Positions 12,432 to 25,639 of a DNA stretch of 64,000 nt are shown in pieces. Positions within the stretch are counted from its first letter, which is position 1, and every line of letters starts with the position of its first letter. The notes under the pieces were generated by a model, which did no database searches, was not told the DNA's origin, and saw only the letters and a list, made by a program, of their open reading frames with translations. This DNA is from Lytechinus pictus. Lineage: Eukaryota. The DNA is taken from contig NC_087251.1 in NCBI RefSeq assembly GCF_037042905.1, positions 1,612,001 to 1,676,000 on the forward strand. The letters are read 5' to 3'. A program made the translations under genes and the position numbers.

Positions 12432-13346
12432 GTAATGAAGCATTTTTACACTATGTTGTTTGTTTGTATTTATTTCCATATAAAAAATAATAAGATACAC
12501 ACATGATCAAATTTAACAAATTATAAAGAATATGGAGGATGGCCCATTTCAGCAGTATTAACAGAACACCACTGTTGAGGTCCCATGTTGATGTTGATGT
12601 GATGAGATATAACCCTCCAATTATTGGTGAACATTTTGAAAATAGCTCTTTCACTTCTGTTTCCCTTTATTTCTCCTCAAGAGATCAGATAAAAATACAA
12701 AATACATAAAATAGACGATGAATAACGATGTATAAATAACAATTGTTCATCAAACAAATTAAAGAAAATGAGGAGAGAAATTGCCTAAAATGAAAATATC
12801 TTCTAATGCTGTGAGATACAATGTGTCATATTTGAATATATATTTGAAATTGTATGTCTAGAACAGGGACCTATTTTGTAAAACTGTTCAATATGTAATG
12901 CAACACTTTACCATTTAAGACTGGAATTCGCTAGGATGACAACCTTGTGTTCTTCCTGCCTGTTTTTAAAAGAACACATAATTTTGTAAATTTTTAATAT
13001 CACAAAATATACCTTGGCATTAAATGAAGTTTTGATAGTATTCGTATCATTAAAAAAAACCTCCCCATATTTTTATTGTAGCCAATGCAATATTTAAAAA
13101 CCAAGAAACCCATGAAGCTTGTTATATCATACTGTATTCTAGTTGTTTGTAAAGGCCTGCATAAATTACTGAAAAATTTTATGAACCCCATACCCCATTT
13201 AAGTAAATGAGTTGATTTTAAGTTTTTATGCATTATAACCATAATATGGTGGAATTGAAATATAAGAAAAATCTATGTGCTTCCATCTCTCAGATACCAT
13301 GTTGGTATATAATGAGCTTAATGATATTTATTCACTTTCATTTTAG

Positions 13347-13562
13347 TGACATTCCATACTCCAAGGGGAACATCACCTTCCAGTTACTAGCCCCAGAGCC
13401 AGTAGCCCGACCAGGTTACAATGATTTCTATAATACACCTGATCTTTTGGAGTTTGTAAGAGCTAAAGAGGTTCGCGTTGTGATGGAAGGTCATTATCAT
13501 ATCAACCCCAACTCTGTGAGACATATGTACTACGGCATTGAGGAACTTACAATCAGTGCAAG
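13347..13562 (+). CDS. USH2A: Exon 7: laminin N-terminal domain
   Basis: tttag| DIPYSKGNITF...EELTISAR AG|gtaag. Confidence 0.93.
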
Positions 13563-14230
13563 GTAAGTTTCTCACATTTCATAATAATTCTTCATTTTTA
13601 CCCTCTTTCAGGAAGCGTATATTGGGGAAGAAATTTATTTTCCATAGTGTTCAATTTGTACATTGTGAGACAAATTGCCCCACAGGTCCTCCAATAATAG
13701 TGACTCAATTATGTCATAAAATACATAAATGTATGTTATATGATGTCATAAGAATCATGTTTTTTATGCTTGGTCTGTGCAACTGTAGAAAAGTTGTTTT
13801 GTGCAAGCTTTTTAATAGAATTTGAGCGGTCATATCCCACTGACTTTGTACACAAAAAAATGATGCTTATTGTTGTTGCTGATCTCTTTTGCACCTTGTC
13901 TGAATGAGCATTTCTTAAATGAGGGCTATCTCACATGAGCTATGCAATTCCATAGAACTTTGAATCTTATTATTTCTGTCAGCATTAGTTGAAGCAACCA
14001 TAATATTTTGTGCACTCAAAATAAATTCTTACCAGGTTCATTTCGCCTTGGTCAAGTGCAGTGTAATATGGATTTACTATAAAGAAATTCAACTCTAATA
14101 TAGAAATGCTACCTTGAGATAAAACAAAACAAAAAACAGGAGAGTCTGTCTGAATCACTACCCTCTGATAATTTGTTGAATTGATTTTATTGAGTGATTG
14201 ATTTTTATTTCTTTTATGTGTATAATTCAG

Positions 14231-14324
14231 ATGTGATTGTAATGGGCATGCTGATACCTGTGATATCACATTAGATCCATACGTCTGCAACTGTCTTGAT
14301 TCAAGCTTTACAACAGGAATTGAT
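14231..14324 (+). CDS. USH2A: Exon 8: laminin-EGF
   Basis: ttcag| CDCNGHADTCDITLDPYVCNC...GID |gtaagt. Confidence 0.92.
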
Positions 14325-17099
14325 GTAAGTTTCATCTTCTGTGTGTTTTTATGGTTTTATTTAATACTTTTTACCCAATTAACAGGATTTGATTACAGTT
14401 TTAAATACATTTTTTCCCTAGCCTATGTTATCTTGGGATGGTGGCTCTATAGAGTAATTTCAATTTGTCACTTATTCTTTATTTGGTAGATGTTTGTTTA
14501 ATTTCTTTTATAGTTTTGGTGATAAGCGGCCTAAAGCAAACAGTTTTTCATTTTTATACAAATTAAAGGTCAAGTCATCGTACTAAGACAAAGTTGGTTT
14601 GAATCAATTAGAAACAAAGTTTTGATAAGATGTAATGCTGAGTTCGTCACTTATTCTGTATTTTGTAGATTTTCGTTTACCGTAATTTCCTTTATAGTTT
14701 GATGATGAGTTGGATAAAAAAATTGTTGCTGAGACATTTTTTTTCACCTGGCTACAAAAGAGTGGAACAATGAAATTTTATACAAATTATTGTTTAAAAA
14801 ATTAGTTTAATTCCAAATTGAACAGACACATATCTTCTTAATTGTCATGACATTATGAGCTTGTTCATGTAAAAATTTGTATACAGTATACATTAGATGG
14901 TTTTTGGAAAGTGAGAAATGTTTTAATTTCTATGCTTTTTACCATGTCTGAATGAGGACTTACTTAGACAAAATTATGTGTAATTTCTTTGAAAGTTCTT
15001 TGCTTTACGTCTACAGCCATACATGTATACTTGTTAGATATTTAATATTTATTTTATACTCTATTTAATCAATTTGAAGTTTCAAAGAATTGCAATGAAG
15101 TCATATCACCTATTTATTCAACATATTTAACTCTATGAAAAGTTCAAGTGCTACTTCAGAATCTCAAGTACTATAGCTATGGCTTTATAGTGATGTATTG
15201 CTTGAAGTCAGATTTTGGCAAGTATTCTAATAATGGTTGCCATCAATTTGCAAGATTGTCAGTTAGTGGGCGTCCTGTCTAGATTGGGGGCAGGAGTCAA
15301 AATCATTTACAAACACACATTCTAAAAGAATAAAAAATGAAGAGAGATAAATGTGTCTCATCTTCAACTGTTTCTAAGGAATACTAGTTTCGAAAACAAG
15401 TGAAAATATGGATGAAGCAACACATTAAAGAGTCAATTTACCTCTACATATTTGTGAATAGTTCCCTGTGGGACTCTCTAAAGATAATAAACATATTCAT
15501 CAATGAAAGTTATCTATCAATATTGTGTGCATTACCCTACTGAACTTAGAATCTTTTTTGGAGAGATAGAGAGACATATTCAATAAATTCTTTCCTTATT
15601 GGTAATTTATGAGTTAGTACAGAAAAAATAAAGAACAAGATTGGAGATAACAGATGAAGTGTTGTAGTGGTGGCAATAATAAGTGGGCATCAATATTGTT
15701 TATATAATTTGTTGATTTTGAAGCTAAAAAATAAGAAGAAAATAATGATAGAGACAGATTATTAAGTGGAAATAATTAAAGCATAAAGCACTTAAAAAAA
15801 AAATCATATATACAGAAGGATAGGATGAGCGAGAGAGATAGAGAAAGAGAGGCGGTGGGGGTGTAATATATAGTTTGTGATAGAAATACATGTAGATGAA
15901 TAGAAACATTTACTAGTGATCGAAAGAGAAAAAATAGAGTAAATTGAATCTGAGAAAAAGAATAAAATAGAAGACATGTACAGTTGTAAGAGATGTAAAA
16001 GAAAAAGAGATTCATGGGAAAAAGTATTTTAAAAATATATATGTGCAAATTGTGCATTATCCAAAGCGAGTGTGTGTAAGAGAGAGGGAGAGAGAGTGAG
16101 AGAAAGATTTAGAGTGAGAAAGAGAATGATTTCATTTGTTGACACGATCCATAATATATTTTTGTGAAATATTAGAATATCACACAAAAACCACATTCAT
16201 ATACAAATTAAAAACAGACACATACATGTACGTGCAGAATCACATGTTATTCATCAAGGTCAAAAGTTCACAACTTGTTATTTTCCTACTTGGAAATGTA
16301 GTGTTTTTATGCTTGTTATGTTCATAACTGATCAGAGTGTACATCATTTTTTATAGTGTCTGTGTGTTGTGGAAAGAAATAAATATAGGATCAAGGAGAA
16401 TGCTACGATTGTTCATAGTTTGCTTATTCATGTAAATTTGAATATATGTTTAGCTATAGACATCAGTGTTGGGTGTTATTTTGAATGTCATAAGTCTCAG
16501 AAATTAAAGAGCTATTCATTAAAAATGTATTTCACCACTCTTTTTAAAAATATACACTTGCTCCTGGCATATTTATGATTGTCTTGAAATTCATCTTAAA
16601 GGATGAAAGTTCATACTCTCTGATTTACAGATGGAAACTGGATGAAAGATGAATTATGGAAAAAATCTGGTTTAAGTTGTCACTGAGGAGTGTGGGGGTG
16701 GGGCACTGTGGGAGGCTAGTGGTATGGGATTTATGAGGGTGCCATGTTATTATAGACAGATGGACCATGTGTTTATAGGATTTGTCATTTGTTTGGAGTA
16801 GTTTATGAGTGGTTTAGGATGGGATCAAATCTCATATGGAGTTGATTGATGATGCTTGGCTGACCATAGGAAACCAGGGACCAAATGCACAAAACCCACC
16901 ACAAATGCTCGCTTGAACTCCCCAAAAATGTCCTCAACTGGTATTCAAAATACACCTGAATAAGAGTAAAATTGAAGGATTGACAATGTGTTATTTTTAG
17001 AAATTATACACACAAAAAAATGTTATCAAAGCATTTGTAAAATTAAAGCAATCTCAGTGAGGATTCGAGGTAACCATCTTGTATTCTTTGTTCAAGTGA

Positions 17100-17477
17100 T
17101 TGGTTAACATTGGTTTGACTTTTTAAAATATCTGAGCTAGAAGGTCACACTTGTCACCTGTGTCTGTGATATGTTACAAAAATGAAGCCCAGAAAAAATT
17201 GCGTGCGAAAATAATTATTTAGTGCTTCATAAATTGAAATATAAAGTGACAGAAAACACCATCTTAATTTCATCCCATACACTTATGTGTACTATTTAGG
17301 CGTCTATAAGACACCTATTTACAAAATCGGGGTTCGCCTTGTAGTTTTAGCTTTTCATTCTCAATAATGGTTGTTTTCAGGGTTTATTAGTTCTAATACA
17401 TGCACTTGTACACATGTATCATCTTGGTTTGAGAATTTTTTAAATCGGCTGCTCACAAAGTTAAACAATACCTTTAA
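17100..17477. mobile_element. Probable partial TTAA-type element (right end only)
   Basis: Ends ...AACAATACCT-TTAA like the other Kolobok-type ends here; no matching left TIR found, start approximate. Confidence 0.3.
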
Positions 17478-17833
17478 CTTCATCAAATAAGAAATTGCTT
17501 GAAGTATCTGATGGGAAATGATACTACTGCAGTTGCTATTGAGTACAGAGGTCATCATCAAGGTGACACAAATATATGAATCAATATAAAATTAGTAATA
17601 AATACTGTGAATTTTCTGTGCTCTTTTTAGTGTGTTTATGGGAAAAGGATATGTTCAAAACACATGCTCATCAATGATTTTGAATTATTTATAATAACAA
17701 GAAAATAATTTGGTTCTTGAATATACCTTATTGATTGATTTGAAATTGAATACATTATATCAGTATGTGATACTAACCGCTCTCTGGTGAATGGATTAAT
17801 TGATATCTTATTTTTATCTTGTTTTGATTACAG

Positions 17834-17985
17834 TGTGGCCAGTGCTTACCTCTGTACAATGACAAACCTTTTCGTCATGGTGATCAAATCAATGCATATA
17901 ACTGTAAACCCTGTCAGTGCTATGGACATGCCTCAAGTTGTTTCTATAACCAAACCCTTGATGATTCACCTGACAGACATGACAG
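17834..17985 (+). CDS. USH2A: Exon 9: laminin-EGF
   Basis: tacag| CGQCLPLYNDKPFRHGDQ... AG|gtaag. Confidence 0.93.
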
Positions 17986-18223
17986 GTAAGAATGTCTTGT
18001 TCCTGCATTTCTGCTTTAATTGTTTGGTCTTTGGTGACTTATGGAAAAACTTGATGTAGCAAGTACATGTATGGTAAATAGCAAAAAGAGATGCCAACTG
18101 TTGAGTGTTTTGTAAAGCATTTTGTCAGTATTAATATGAACTGAAAAATTTGCTCTTAACCAATCAGACACAGAGATTTTAGTAGCTTATAACAAAATAA
18201 TTTGACATTCCTTATCATTGTAG

Positions 18224-18398
18224 GGGTGGCGGAGGGGTGTGTTTCAACTGCCAAGATAACACACAAGGTCAACATTGTGATGAATGCATAGAAGGGTTCT
18301 TCAGACTTGATGGTGTACCATTGGACTCTACTGATATCTGTGACCCGTGTGAATGTTCTCTCAATGGCACAGTAGCAGGGAATCCCATGTGTGAAGAG
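18224..18398 (+). CDS. USH2A: Exon 10: laminin-EGF
   Basis: tgtag| GGGGVCFNCQDNTQG...CEE |gtaaag. Confidence 0.93.
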
Positions 18399-18401
18399 GT
18401 A

Positions 18402-18476
18402 AAGTAGTATTAGTACAGTGGTGATGGTGGCGGTAGTGGTAATGATGGTGGTGGTGGTAGTAGTTGTAGTTGTAGC

Positions 18477-18555
<79 letters not shown>

Positions 18556-18646
18556 TTGTTGGTTGTGATGGTAGTAGTAGTAGTTCTTGTAATAGCAGTA
18601 GTGGTAGTGGTGGTTGTGGTGGTGGTGGTGGTCATAGTAGTAGTTT
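18402..18646. repeat. (GTA)n/(GTG)n microsatellite directly after the exon 10 donor
   Basis: Pure GTA run at about 18478-18552 with degenerate GTG/GTT flanks. Confidence 0.95.
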
Positions 18647-19184
18647 ATATATAGTGTGAATCAGAAATATATGAATGAAGGAGGAGGATGCCCTAGAAGT
18701 GAGCATCATAGTGCAAGTCAGTATCTGTAACCCTTCATAAGAGGGGGAAATGCTGACTGAAATAGATGATGCTAATGATGATCATGGAAGCCCTTAGGAT
18801 CCAGCAGATAAGGTAAGATTTAAGGTAAGCACCTGATCAGAGCAGCTGTGCTAAATCCAAGGTAATAATACACACTGCTCAGAAACATTGTATCAGCTTT
18901 TATTAAGTGGATGGTGGGGGGGGGGTGAGGTCTCCTAGGTCCCTCTGAACACATGATGAGTTCAACTCATAAGAATTTGACATGATGTTTTCTGATTTTT
19001 CCAAACCGAATTAATTTAAATCATTTACATCCACAACAGAATAAAAACCTTACAAATATATACAAAGTAGAATGTAAGAAAAATTAACAGAGCTGGTTTT
19101 TGCAGATTTTTCTTCAAAATCTTGCACAACTTTTAAGACCAAAAAATCATGATGCCAGTGTAAGGTGTTTTGAATTTACACTGA

Positions 19185-22100
19185 GGTGCTCCAAGAAGTA
19201 GTGGTTTTCACTGCAATTATAGATCACAAGGTTATGAGTTCAAATCATATTTAGGTGCTAAAAGGAGTAGTGGTTTTGTACTGCTGTCTTGAATTACAAG
19301 GTTATGAGTTCAAATCCTATTTAGGTACTCCAAGGAATAGTGTTTTTTCACTGTTGCCTTGAATTACAAGGTTATGAGCTCAAATTTAGGTACTCCAAGG
19401 AATAGTGGTTTTTCACTGTAATTATAGATAACAAGGTTATGAGTTCAAATCATATTTAGGTGCTAAAAGGAGTAGTGTTTTGTACTGTTGCCTTGAATTA
19501 CAAGGTTATGAGTTCAAATCCTATTTAGGTGCTATTTTATAAGGAGTAGTGGTTATGTACTGCTGCCTTGAATGACAAGTTTATGAGTTCAAATCCTATT
19601 TAGGTGCTATAAGGAGTAGTGGTTATGTACTGCTGCCTTGAATTACAAGGTTATGAGTTCAAATCATATTAAGGTGCTAAAGGAGTAGTGGTTTTGTACT
19701 GTTGCCTTGAATTACAAGGTTATGAGTTCAAATCCTGCATTGGTGCTCCAAAGTGTAGTGGTGTTGTGCTGTAATCTTGAATTACAAGGTTATGAGTTTA
19801 AATCCTATTTTGGTACTCCACAGATTAGTGGCTTTGCTTTTTTACCCTGAATCATAAGGTTATTAGTTCAAATCCTATTTAGGTTATATAAGGAGTAGTG
19901 GTTTTGTACTGTCGCCTTGAATTACAAGATTATGAGTTCAAATCCTATTTTGGTGCTAAAAGGAGTAGTGGTTTTGCACTGCAACCTTGAATTACAAGGT
20001 TATGAGTTTAAATCCTACTTTGGTGCTCTACGGAATAGTGGTTTTGCACTGCAACCTTGAATTACGAGGTTATGAGTTCAAATCCTACTTTGGTGCTCTA
20101 CGGAATAGTGGTTTTGCACTGCAACCTTGAATTACAAGGTTATGAGTTCAAATCCTACTTTGGTGCTCTACGGAATAGTGGTTTTGCACTGCAACCATGA
20201 ATTGCAAGGTTATGAGTTTAAATCCTACTTTGGTGCTCTACGGAATAGTGGTTTTGCACTGCAACCTTGAATTGCAAGGTTATGAGTTCAAATCCTACTT
20301 TGGTGCTCTACGGAATAGTGGTTTTGCACTGCAACCTTGAATTACAAGGTTATGAGTTTAAATCCTACTTTGGTGCTCTACGGAATAGTGGTTTTGCACT
20401 GCAACCTTGAATTACAAGGTTATGAGTTCAAATCCTACTTTGGTGCTCTACGGAATAGTGGTTTTGCACTGCAACCTTGAATTACAAGGTTATGAGTTCA
20501 AATCCTACTTTGGTGCTCTACGGAATAGTGGTTTTGCACTGCAACCTTGAATTACAAGGTTATGAGTTCAAATCCTACTTTGGTGCTCTACGGAATAGTG
20601 GTTTTGCACTGCAACCATGAATTGCAAGGTTATGAGTTTAAATCCTACTTTGGTGCTCTACGGAATAGTGGTTTTGCACTGCAACCTTGAATTGCAAGGT
20701 TATGAGTTCAAATCCTACTTTGGTGCTCTACGGAATAGTGGTTTTGCACTGCAACCTTGAATTACAAGGTTATGAGTTTAAATCCTACTTTGGTGCTCTA
20801 CGGAATAGTGGTTTTGCACTGCAACCTTGAATTACAAGGTTATGAGTTCAAATCCTACTTTGGTGCTCTACGGAATAGTGGTTTTGCACTGCAACCTTGA
20901 ATTACAAGGTTATGAGTTCAAATCCTACTTTGGTGCTCTACGGAATAGTGGTTTTGCACTGCAACCTTGAATTACAAGGTTATGAGTTCAAATCCTACTT
21001 TGGTGCTCTACGGAATAGTGGTTTTGCACTGCAACCTTGAATTACAAGGTTATGAGTTCAAATCCTACTTTGGTGCTCTACGGAATAGTGGTTTTGCACT
21101 GCAACCTTGAATTACAAGGTTATGAGTTCAAATCCTACTTTGGTGCTCTACGGAATAGTGGTTTTGCACTGCAACCTTGAATTACAAGGTTATGAGTTTA
21201 AATCCTACTTTGGTGCTCTACAGAATAGTGGTTTTGCACTGCAACCTTGAATTACAAGGTTATGAGTTTAAATCCTACTTTGGTGCTCTACGGAATAGTG
21301 GTTTTGCACTGCAACCTTGAATTACAAGGTTATGAGTTCAAATCCTACTTTGGTGCTCTACGGAATAGTGGTTTTGCACTGCAACCTTGAATTACAAGGT
21401 TATGAGTTCAAATCCTACTTTGGTGCTCTACGGAATAGTGGTTTTGCACTGCAACCTTGAATTACAAGGTTATGAGTTCAAATCCTACTTTGGTGCTCTA
21501 CGGAATAGTGGTTTTGCACTGCAACCTTGAATTGCAAGGTTATGAGTTCAAATCCTGCCTTGGTACTTGAAGGAGTAGTGGTTTTGAACTGTAGCCTTTA
21601 GTTACAAGGTTATGAGTTTAAATCCTACTTTGGTGCTCTACGGAATAGTGGTTTTGCACTGCAACCTTGAATTACAAGGTTATGAGTTCAAATCCTACTT
21701 TGGTGCTCTACAGAATAGTGGTTTTGCACTGCAACCTTGAATTACAAGGTTATGAGTTTAAATCCTACTTTGGTGCTCTACGGAATAGTGGTTTTGCACT
21801 GCAACCTTGAATTACAAGGTTATGAGTTCAAATCCTACTTTGGTGCTCTACGGAATAGTGGTTTTGCACTGCAACCTTGAATTACAAGGTTATGAGTTTA
21901 AATCCTACTTTGGTGCTCTACGGAATAGTGGTTTTGCAATGCCACCTTGAATTACAAGGTTATGAGTTTAAATCCTACTTTGGTGCTCTACGGAATAGTG
22001 GTTTTGCAATGCCACCTTGAATTACAAGGTTATGAGTTTAAATCCTACTTTGGTGCTCTACGGAATAGTGGTTTTGCACTGCAACCTTGAATTACAAGGT

Positions 22101-22450
22101 TATGAGTTTAAATCCTACTTTGGTGCTCTACGGAATAGTGGTTTTGCACTGTAATCTTGAATTACAAGGTTATGAGTTCAAATCCTACTTTGGTGCTCTA
22201 CGGAATAGTGGTTTTGCACTGCAACCTTGAATTGCAAGGTTATGAGTTTAAATCCTACTTTGGTGCTCTACGGAATAGTGGTTTTGCACTGCAACCTTGA
22301 ATTACAAGGTTATGAGTTTAAATCCTACTTTGGTGCTCTACGGAATAGTGGTTTTGCACTGTAATCTTGAATTACAAGGTTATGAGTTCAAATCCTACTT
22401 TGGTGCTCTACGGAATAGTGGTTTTGCAATGCCACCTTGAATTACAAGTT
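19185..22450 (+). repeat. 70-bp tRNA-like tandem array, main block (about 47 units)
   Basis: Consensus GGTGCTCTACGGAATAGTGGTTTTGCACTGCAACCTTGAATTACAAGGTTATGAGTTCAAATCCTACTTT repeated head to tail. Confidence 0.95.
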
Positions 22451-22889
22451 ATAGACATTTAAAAGGTCTTGTACTTTCTATGGGGATCCTCAAATTGGCA
22501 AACATGGTTCAAAATTGCTGATTTTGTGGACAACTCTCCATTTGTTTTGTACACAATTTTTCAGATTTTCCCCATTATCTTTCAAATTGCATATTGCCTC
22601 ATTCTGAGCATAATATATATCATAGGAAAATATAATTCACATCACATATGTTAAGGTCAGGAGAAAATAATGTGAAATATATATAAATATAGGGTTGTCC
22701 ACAAAATCAGCCATTTTGAAACACATTTGCCAATTTGAGGATCCCAATAGAAAGTACAAGAAGACTTTTTAAATGTCTATAACTTGCTTATTTCACAACC
22801 GATTTTGATGAAACTTGTTTTAAATTGTTCCTCTCGTTTTACTCTTTCCAATAAGTTTGCTTCTCTTCTTGAGTTTTGGTTTCCTTTAA
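22445..22889. mobile_element. TTAA-type MITE inserted in the array, left terminus deleted
   Basis: About 95-bp inverted arms (22445-22540 vs 22690-22787); CCGATTTTGATGAAA subterminal motif shared with the 4096 family; ends CCT-TTAA. Confidence 0.75.
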
Positions 22890-23362
22890 GAGTTAAAATC
22901 CTACTTAGGTGTTCCAAGGAGTAGTGGTTGTGCAATGTAACCTTGAATTACAAGGTTATGAGTTCAAATCCTACCTTGGTGCTCTACGGAATAGTGGTTT
23001 TGCACTGCAACCTTGAATTACAAGGTTATAAGTTCAAATCCTGCCTTGGTGCTACAAGGAGAAGTGGTTTTGCAATGTAACCTTGAATCACAAGGTTATA
23101 AGTTCAAATCCTGCCTTGGTGCTTTAAGGAGTAGTGGTTTTGAAATGTAATCTTGAATTACAAGGTTATGGGTTCAAATCCTGCCTTGGTGCTATAAGGA
23201 GTAGTGGTTTTGCAATGTAACCTTGAATCACAAGGTCATAAGTTAAAACCTTGTCATGGTGTTCCAAGGAATAGTGTTTTGGCACTGATATTTGAATCAC
23301 AAGGTTGTGAGTTCAAATCCTGCCTTGATGATCAAAGGAGTCATGGTTTTGCACTGTTACCT
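22890..23362 (+). repeat. 70-bp tRNA-like tandem array, second more diverged block (about 6.5 units)
   Basis: Units start at 22908, 22978, 23048, 23118, 23188, 23258, 23328. Confidence 0.92.
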
Positions 23363-23639
23363 TTTGCTTCAATCATTCGTTTTAAGTCGATTTGGCAGGG
23401 GGGAACTGGGTGATGATAGAGATATATTGAAATTCCAAAATGTATTGGCCCCTCAAAAATCAAGCACATTTTCTCATAACAGTTACTGTACGTAATAAGT
23501 TACGTGTAAGTATTTGTAGCATTATCATTTCTGTGGTGCTAGTTTACTCCCAGGTGTTTCTCAATCGATCTTTTGCTATTCATAATATACTATTAACATA
23601 AGAATATTTACAATTCACATCAATTATGAATATTTTCAG

Positions 23640-23835
23640 GTGAATGGTCAATGTAACTGCAAGCAGTATACATCGGGTCGTACATGTGATACCTGTCAGA
23701 ATGGTTACTACAATCTAGATGCTATAAACCCTGATGGCTGTGAGCCATGTCAATGCATCTCAGCTGGTACAATCAACTCAGATATCTCATGCCATCAACA
23801 GACTGGAGTGTGTAACTGCAAACCTAATGTCATAG
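23640..23835 (+). CDS. USH2A: Exon 11: laminin-EGF
   Basis: ttcag| VNGQCNCKQY...KPNVI G|gttag. Confidence 0.93.
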
Positions 23836-24469
23836 GTTAGTATATCTCAAAGTGTTACTCTTTAACAGAGTCTTTTTAATTGATGTTACATGTCCATGTA
23901 CCATTGTACTTTGTTTAAATAACAAAATAGAAGTTTTTGTTTCTATTATCATGTCAGAAAGATGTGTTTGAGATCGGACTTAAGAGCAATACACGTTAAC
24001 ATGCATACGTGACGCAGTGGTAATCTGATCTTAATTGAGCAATAAAAGTTGATTGATTTAACGTGCAATCAGCTACTGTATGATTTTGTTTTCTCAAGCT
24101 GTCGTTAGTTTTACGCCTTACAATGAATTTCTATAAGCTTGAATGTCTTTTTTTATTATGTTTGTAAGGAGGATGACATGATGTGGGGGGGGGGGGGTAG
24201 ATGCTTGGTGGTGATTGTGGAGGAAAAAGGATTGTGAGATAAGAAGGTACATGTATATCATCCACTTTCAATGGAAGATCCTCCATGGATAAGTGTTTCA
24301 GTTTGTGTGTGTTTCAACTTATAATTTGCACACTGTTTTTCTAGATATTTTTTGTACTGTAACATGTGTAGTGTTCTTTTATGTTGCTTGCTTCTGACTG
24401 TGATACTTCTATTGCTCTTTAATACTTAAGGGAATTACTTAGAAACAAACTGTTTTCACCCTTCTTTAG

Positions 24470-24768
24470 GTGACAAGTGTGACCGTTGTAACTATGGTTT
24501 CTATGACCTTGCTGCTTCTAACCCATTTGGTTGCCTGCCATGTGGTTGTGATCCTGATGGTTCAAGTAGTATCTACTGTGACCCTACCAACGGTCAATGC
24601 CAGTGTAGACCATCCACCCAGGGTAGGACGTGTGCTGAATGCCGTGATGGGTTCTATGGCTTGGCATTAGGTGGATGCTCTGAATGTGATTGTGATGATG
24701 CTGGGACGGAGCCAGGAGCACCATGTAACAAGGCTACAGGACAGTGTGTCTGCAAGGCTAATGTTCAG
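24470..24768 (+). CDS. USH2A: Exon 12: laminin-EGF
   Basis: tttag| DKCDRCNYGF...KANVQ |gttag. Confidence 0.93.
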
Positions 24769-25281
24769 GTTAGAATTATACCACCTAATGGTAGTCTAGA
24801 AAAAAATTGGGATTTTGACCATATAAAGCCACACTGTATGGCTCTGATTCTCAAAGGTGTATTTTTTAATGTGTTAAGTGCATTAGTTTTATTTCATTGG
24901 GGCCTATCAAGCGTGAATTTAGCCCTCTGTGACGAAAACATTCATTTTTTTTACCCTTTCTCAGTACATGCCCTAAATTAAGACATGAAATCTTCATAAA
25001 GTATGGTTTCAAACCAATGATTCAAAACCACCCATTCCTGTGAGAATACAGGACTGTGTATTGAATTTAATAGCAATTATTTGTTTTGGAATTTAGATTA
25101 AGACTCCTATGGCCGCACTGCCCAATCTTGACAGATACCAAATTTACAGACTTTTCTATTGCATCAAATATTCTATAACCAAATCCATGCAATTGAACAG
25201 TAGTGATATTTGCAATGAATTGAAGTTAAATGTTCATTTTTGATTCCTTAATTGTAGAGTTAATATTGATCTTGATTGTAG

Positions 25282-25639
25282 GGTGTACGATGTGACCAGT
25301 GTGCCCCATCCTATTACAATCTCCAAGCTTCCAATTCTCAAGGTTGTTCACCATGCTCCTGTAACACCGATGGCACAGTCAATGGCTCGACCTCCTGTGA
25401 GGCCGTCACTGGTCAGTGTGAATGCAAGACCAATGTCCTTGGACGGACCTGTAATTCCTGCGCTCCAAACACCTTTGGTCTTGATGCAGACAATGTAGAT
25501 GGTTGTGAGTCTTGTGGATGTGATGCTACTGGTACACAGACAGGATCAAATGGAGAAGTGTTGGTCTGTGATCAGAATTCTGGACAATGCTCTTGTCTGA
25601 CAAACAGACTTGGAAGAATATGTGATGTCTGTGATGAAG
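25282..25639 (+). CDS. USH2A: Exon 13: laminin-EGF
   Basis: tgtag| GVRCDQCAPSYY...CDVCDE G|gtagg. Confidence 0.93.

Noticed and set aside
14562..14640. Left end of the TTAA-AGGTCAAGTC MITE family
   Set aside because: Only a short degenerate match with no right end; cannot be delimited.
18156..18654. Poly-Thr (minus) and poly-Val (plus) ORFs
   Set aside because: Translations of the (GTA)n microsatellite.
19185..23362. CRISPR array or functional tRNA gene cluster
   Set aside because: Units are contiguous with no unique spacers and there are no cas genes; the context is a eukaryotic intron. The acceptor stem does not pair and an internal T4 is present.
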